Assembly: GCA_024181965.1 (NCBI GenBank)
Contig: BQXS01011151.1
Location: 1 to 34,777, forward strand
Direction of reading: 5' to 3'
Source of the DNA: Aduncisulcus paluster
Taxonomy: Eukaryota
Length of the DNA: 34,777 nucleotides
Made by a program: the position numbers and the translations under genes. The notes under the pieces were generated by a model. It was not told the DNA's origin, did not search any database, and saw nothing but the letters and a program-made list of their open reading frames with translations. Positions 31,956 to 34,777 of this stretch are shown here, in pieces; the stretch's first letter is position 1, and the number at the start of each line of letters is the position of its first letter.

Positions 31956-34777
31956 TTAACACATCCATCCTCTACATTTAGAAGCTCCACAATAGCAGCG
32001 TAATTCTTGACTCTTTCCATCTCCGAGCTTGTAATCGTAAACAATTTCTTCTCCAATCTGGATATCTCTTTTTGCAAACAAGTGAACCCTTGTTCCACCC
32101 CATCTTCCTGCATTATGGGTCTTACTCACAGCATTGGGATCACATGAATGATTTGCATATCGCGCAACATGACCAGAGTATGTGGCGTCAATTGCGAAAT
32201 TCGTCCCTTTTCTGAAGAGATAGGTACTCTGAAATCCAGCACTTTTGTACTCTAACTCTCTGAGTTGGCAACATGAATTACTTATAACTTCTCCATCATA
32301 CTCACAAATCACAGTACCAGCAGCAATTGGTTCCCTTGCGAATAGGCCAAAACCATGCACTCCACTAAGGCCAACAACAGAACAAATACTCTCTCCAAGA
32401 TATCTTCCCCACCCAGCATCACAACAATTTGTCAGCCCATCATCCGCAGCAAAACCTCCAAGACGGAAAGAAGATGAGGAGGAAGAGGAAAGACTTTTTG
32501 ATGACGAAGAAGAAGAGAAATCACTAACATCTGCAAATCGTCGTTTCCCTGTAACAGAATCTAATATTCGTTGTTTCTTTCGTGTACTTCGGCCAGATTG
32601 CCTTGTTCGAACCCCATGGGAAGAAGATTGGTGATATTGTGTGTGATATTGCGGGTAAAGGGTGAAAAACGCACTTTTAAAAATTGCACACGCTGGAGAA
32701 CTGAATAATAAAGAAAAATTTGGGGTTTGAAACTCTCCAAGGAGATCTTTCATCTTTCGAGGTTTAGATTTCTTTCGTGAAGTCCATTGGACCCAATCGT
32801 TCAAAAGATCTTTGGCATCCTCCATTGACATTCCCCGGATCCAATTTGAGGAAAGAGGAGATGTCAAAGAAGAATTATATTGAAATCTTTGGGAAACATG
32901 AATTATTTCATTGTCATTTCCAGCAACATCATCTTCTTTAATTTTTTTGAGAGCTAATTGAGCCTTTTCTTCTTCCCATTCTCTTTGAATAACTTCTTTT
33001 TCTTCTTCAATTACCCGTAATAATAGTCTAGGAATAAAGAATTGTAAACTATCAGATTCTTTCATCATGTTGGAGGGTGAAATAGAAATTGAAACATCAG
33101 ATTTTGATTGTTTCTTCTCAGAATCTATTATTGGTGGAACATTTTCAGACAAATTTTCAATTTTTTTGTCCTTTGAGATGATATCTCCTTGATCTGAGGA
33201 AAGGATTTCTATTTTTGGATTTTCTATTTTTAGAACACCAATTTTTGGAACATCAGTCTGATCCAATTTTGACATAATATTTGAGGTTTTAGACTCAGTT
33301 TGGCCATTATCTTGAATACTAGAAGTTGAATCGGTCTTTTTCTTTCTTTCCAGCTGTATTTTTTCTTCAAGAAGTTGGATATTCTTTGCATTTTTTGAAA
33401 TTTTCTCAAGAAATTCCTCATGAGAAAGTTCTCTTGGCCGTGGTATTCTCCATTTGAAAGATTCTTTTGTTGGTGCAAGCTGTTTCCCCTCCATCTTTTC
33501 CTTTCTTCTATTCTTCTTCCTTTGTCTCACATTCTTCCTCTTTTCTCCTTCTTTCTCTCTCTCTCTCCAACGATACACATATTCCCAGCTCTATCTGTTC
33601 CTCAATCCAGACACTTTCGCTGTGTTTAACACTGACTTCATCCCAATGCTCATCCCACCAAGAGGAAAGAAAAGAAGAGGAAGAGGAAGAGGAAGAGGAA
33701 GAGGAAGAAGAGGAAGAAGAGCCTGAAGGAGAATATAGCATGGAATCTTCATCATCTTTCGAAGAAGATAATGAAGAAGAGGAGGATTGTGTCTTTCGAA
33801 GTTTTGTGGATTGTAATTGTTCGTTCACAGCCATTCGTTCAAGAATACCATTCTCTACAGCCTCTTGTCTGAGACAAAATGATCCACACATGTTCATACA
33901 TTCGCGACTTCTCACAGAATTCATAATCCGCTCAAAATCTAAATGGGGGAAGAAAGTCAGTTTGGAATGACGCTGAACAAGTTCTGAGCTATAATTAGAC
34001 ACTGAACGGGCCTGAATATTCTTTTTATAGAAGAATTCCTCATCGTTTAAGTGGAAAGAAGAGAGATTGAAGACAGATGGAACATATTTTCGAACCAATG
34101 ATAATTCTTCAGCTTCTTTCCTCTTGGCAAACATTTCAACAGATAAATATGAATAATCTTCCTCTTCTCCTTCTCCCTCTTCTTTTTTCTCCTTTCCAAT
34201 ACCTTCATTCAGCTCCTTCTTCTTCTTCTTCTTCTTCTTCCCAATCGTTATGCCCTAAGCGTTTGCTCCTACGAGGTCCTTTCTCCTCTTCATCGAATTT
34301 CATGGATAACCATTTCTTACGCCCCTTTTTAACAGGGACCTTTTTAACAGGGACCTTTTTAACAGGGACCTTTTTGGAGGAAACTTTCATCCTCCTTCTC
34401 TTTTCCTGTTGGACGTTAATATACTCTTCTTCAAGCTGTTCTTTATATATCTTTTTCCACCTCCCACACAAACCAGAACATTTCTGCTCTCGTTTTGTTG
34501 CAGCTAACCTTGTGGAAGGAGAAGACAAATCTGTTTTTAATCTTCTTTCTTCTTCTTCTTCTTCTTCTTCTTCTTCATCCTCCCAATCCTGAAATTGAAG
34601 AGTATTATGACTTGCCGCTTTTCTCGTAGGTCTTTTCTCAAGTTTCTCAATAGAGATATTTATAGATGTAAGAGGTTCAACCTCTTTCTTATCCTTTTCC
34701 CCTGAATCATTAATAGCCGTATCTTCATCAGAGGCTTCATCTCCACTCTCTATCTGCTCCTTTTCCTCTTCTTCGTG
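31956..34777 (-). CDS. SET1/MLL-like SET-domain histone lysine methyltransferase with post-SET; 5'-truncated by the window, two apparent +1 frameshifts (~34216, ~33553)
   Basis: HGFGLFAREPI, EYDGEVI, RELEY, STYLFR, IDATYSGHVARYANHSCDPN, EEIVYDYK and post-SET CYCGASKCRG. Three consecutive minus frames (34777..34205, ~34255..33508, 33578..31956) overlap at GAA/GA runs. The first frame is open to the window end. Confidence 0.85.
34325..34375. repeat. 15 bp tandem repeat x3 (CTTTTTAACAGGGAC) encoding KKVPV repeats in the SET gene
   Basis: Directly visible. Translation SSKKVPVKKVPVKKVPVKKGRKK. Confidence 0.9.

Noticed and set aside
6805-34592. Numerous 60-220 aa overlapping or antisense ORFs in the track
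   Set aside because: Shadows of real genes caused by codon bias and GAA/TCT low-complexity runs. None has motifs.

Overview
Gene-dense, AT-rich eukaryotic (protist) genomic DNA, not prokaryotic. It has short GTATGT...AG spliceosomal introns, an enkurin, ribosomal protein P1, a prenyltransferase alpha subunit and a SET-domain methyltransferase. The overall style resembles a free-living fornicate metamonad such as Aduncisulcus, but this is an unverified impression. I find 13 protein-coding genes and one tRNA-Gly(GCC). The genes are: a partial hypothetical gene, a CaaX beta-rich protein, RPLP1, enkurin, FNTA, a ~1600 aa hypothetical protein, two BPI/LBP-like paralogs, a Kelch membrane protein, a sphingomyelin/IPC synthase-like protein, a CruF/DUF422-like membrane protein, a three-module helical repeat protein and a SET1-like HMT. 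Seven introns were reconstructed by hand and correct the ORF track. All six 20-N gaps are flanked by 170-410 bp direct duplications that are almost certainly assembly artefacts. The most interesting observations are: (1) a 403 bp insertion with a perfect 10 bp target-site duplication on the SMS stop codon, encoding what looks like the C-terminus of an RLE-type non-LTR retrotransposon; (2) a dense array of short perfect inverted repeats with 1-4 nt spacers near the tRNA, with interlocked A-A'-A palindromes in other intergenic regions; (3) a prokaryote-type CruF-like gene next to the tRNA (candidate lateral transfer); (4) three +1 frameshifts in purine runs, probably sequencing errors; (5) BPI paralogs with no shared intron positions.
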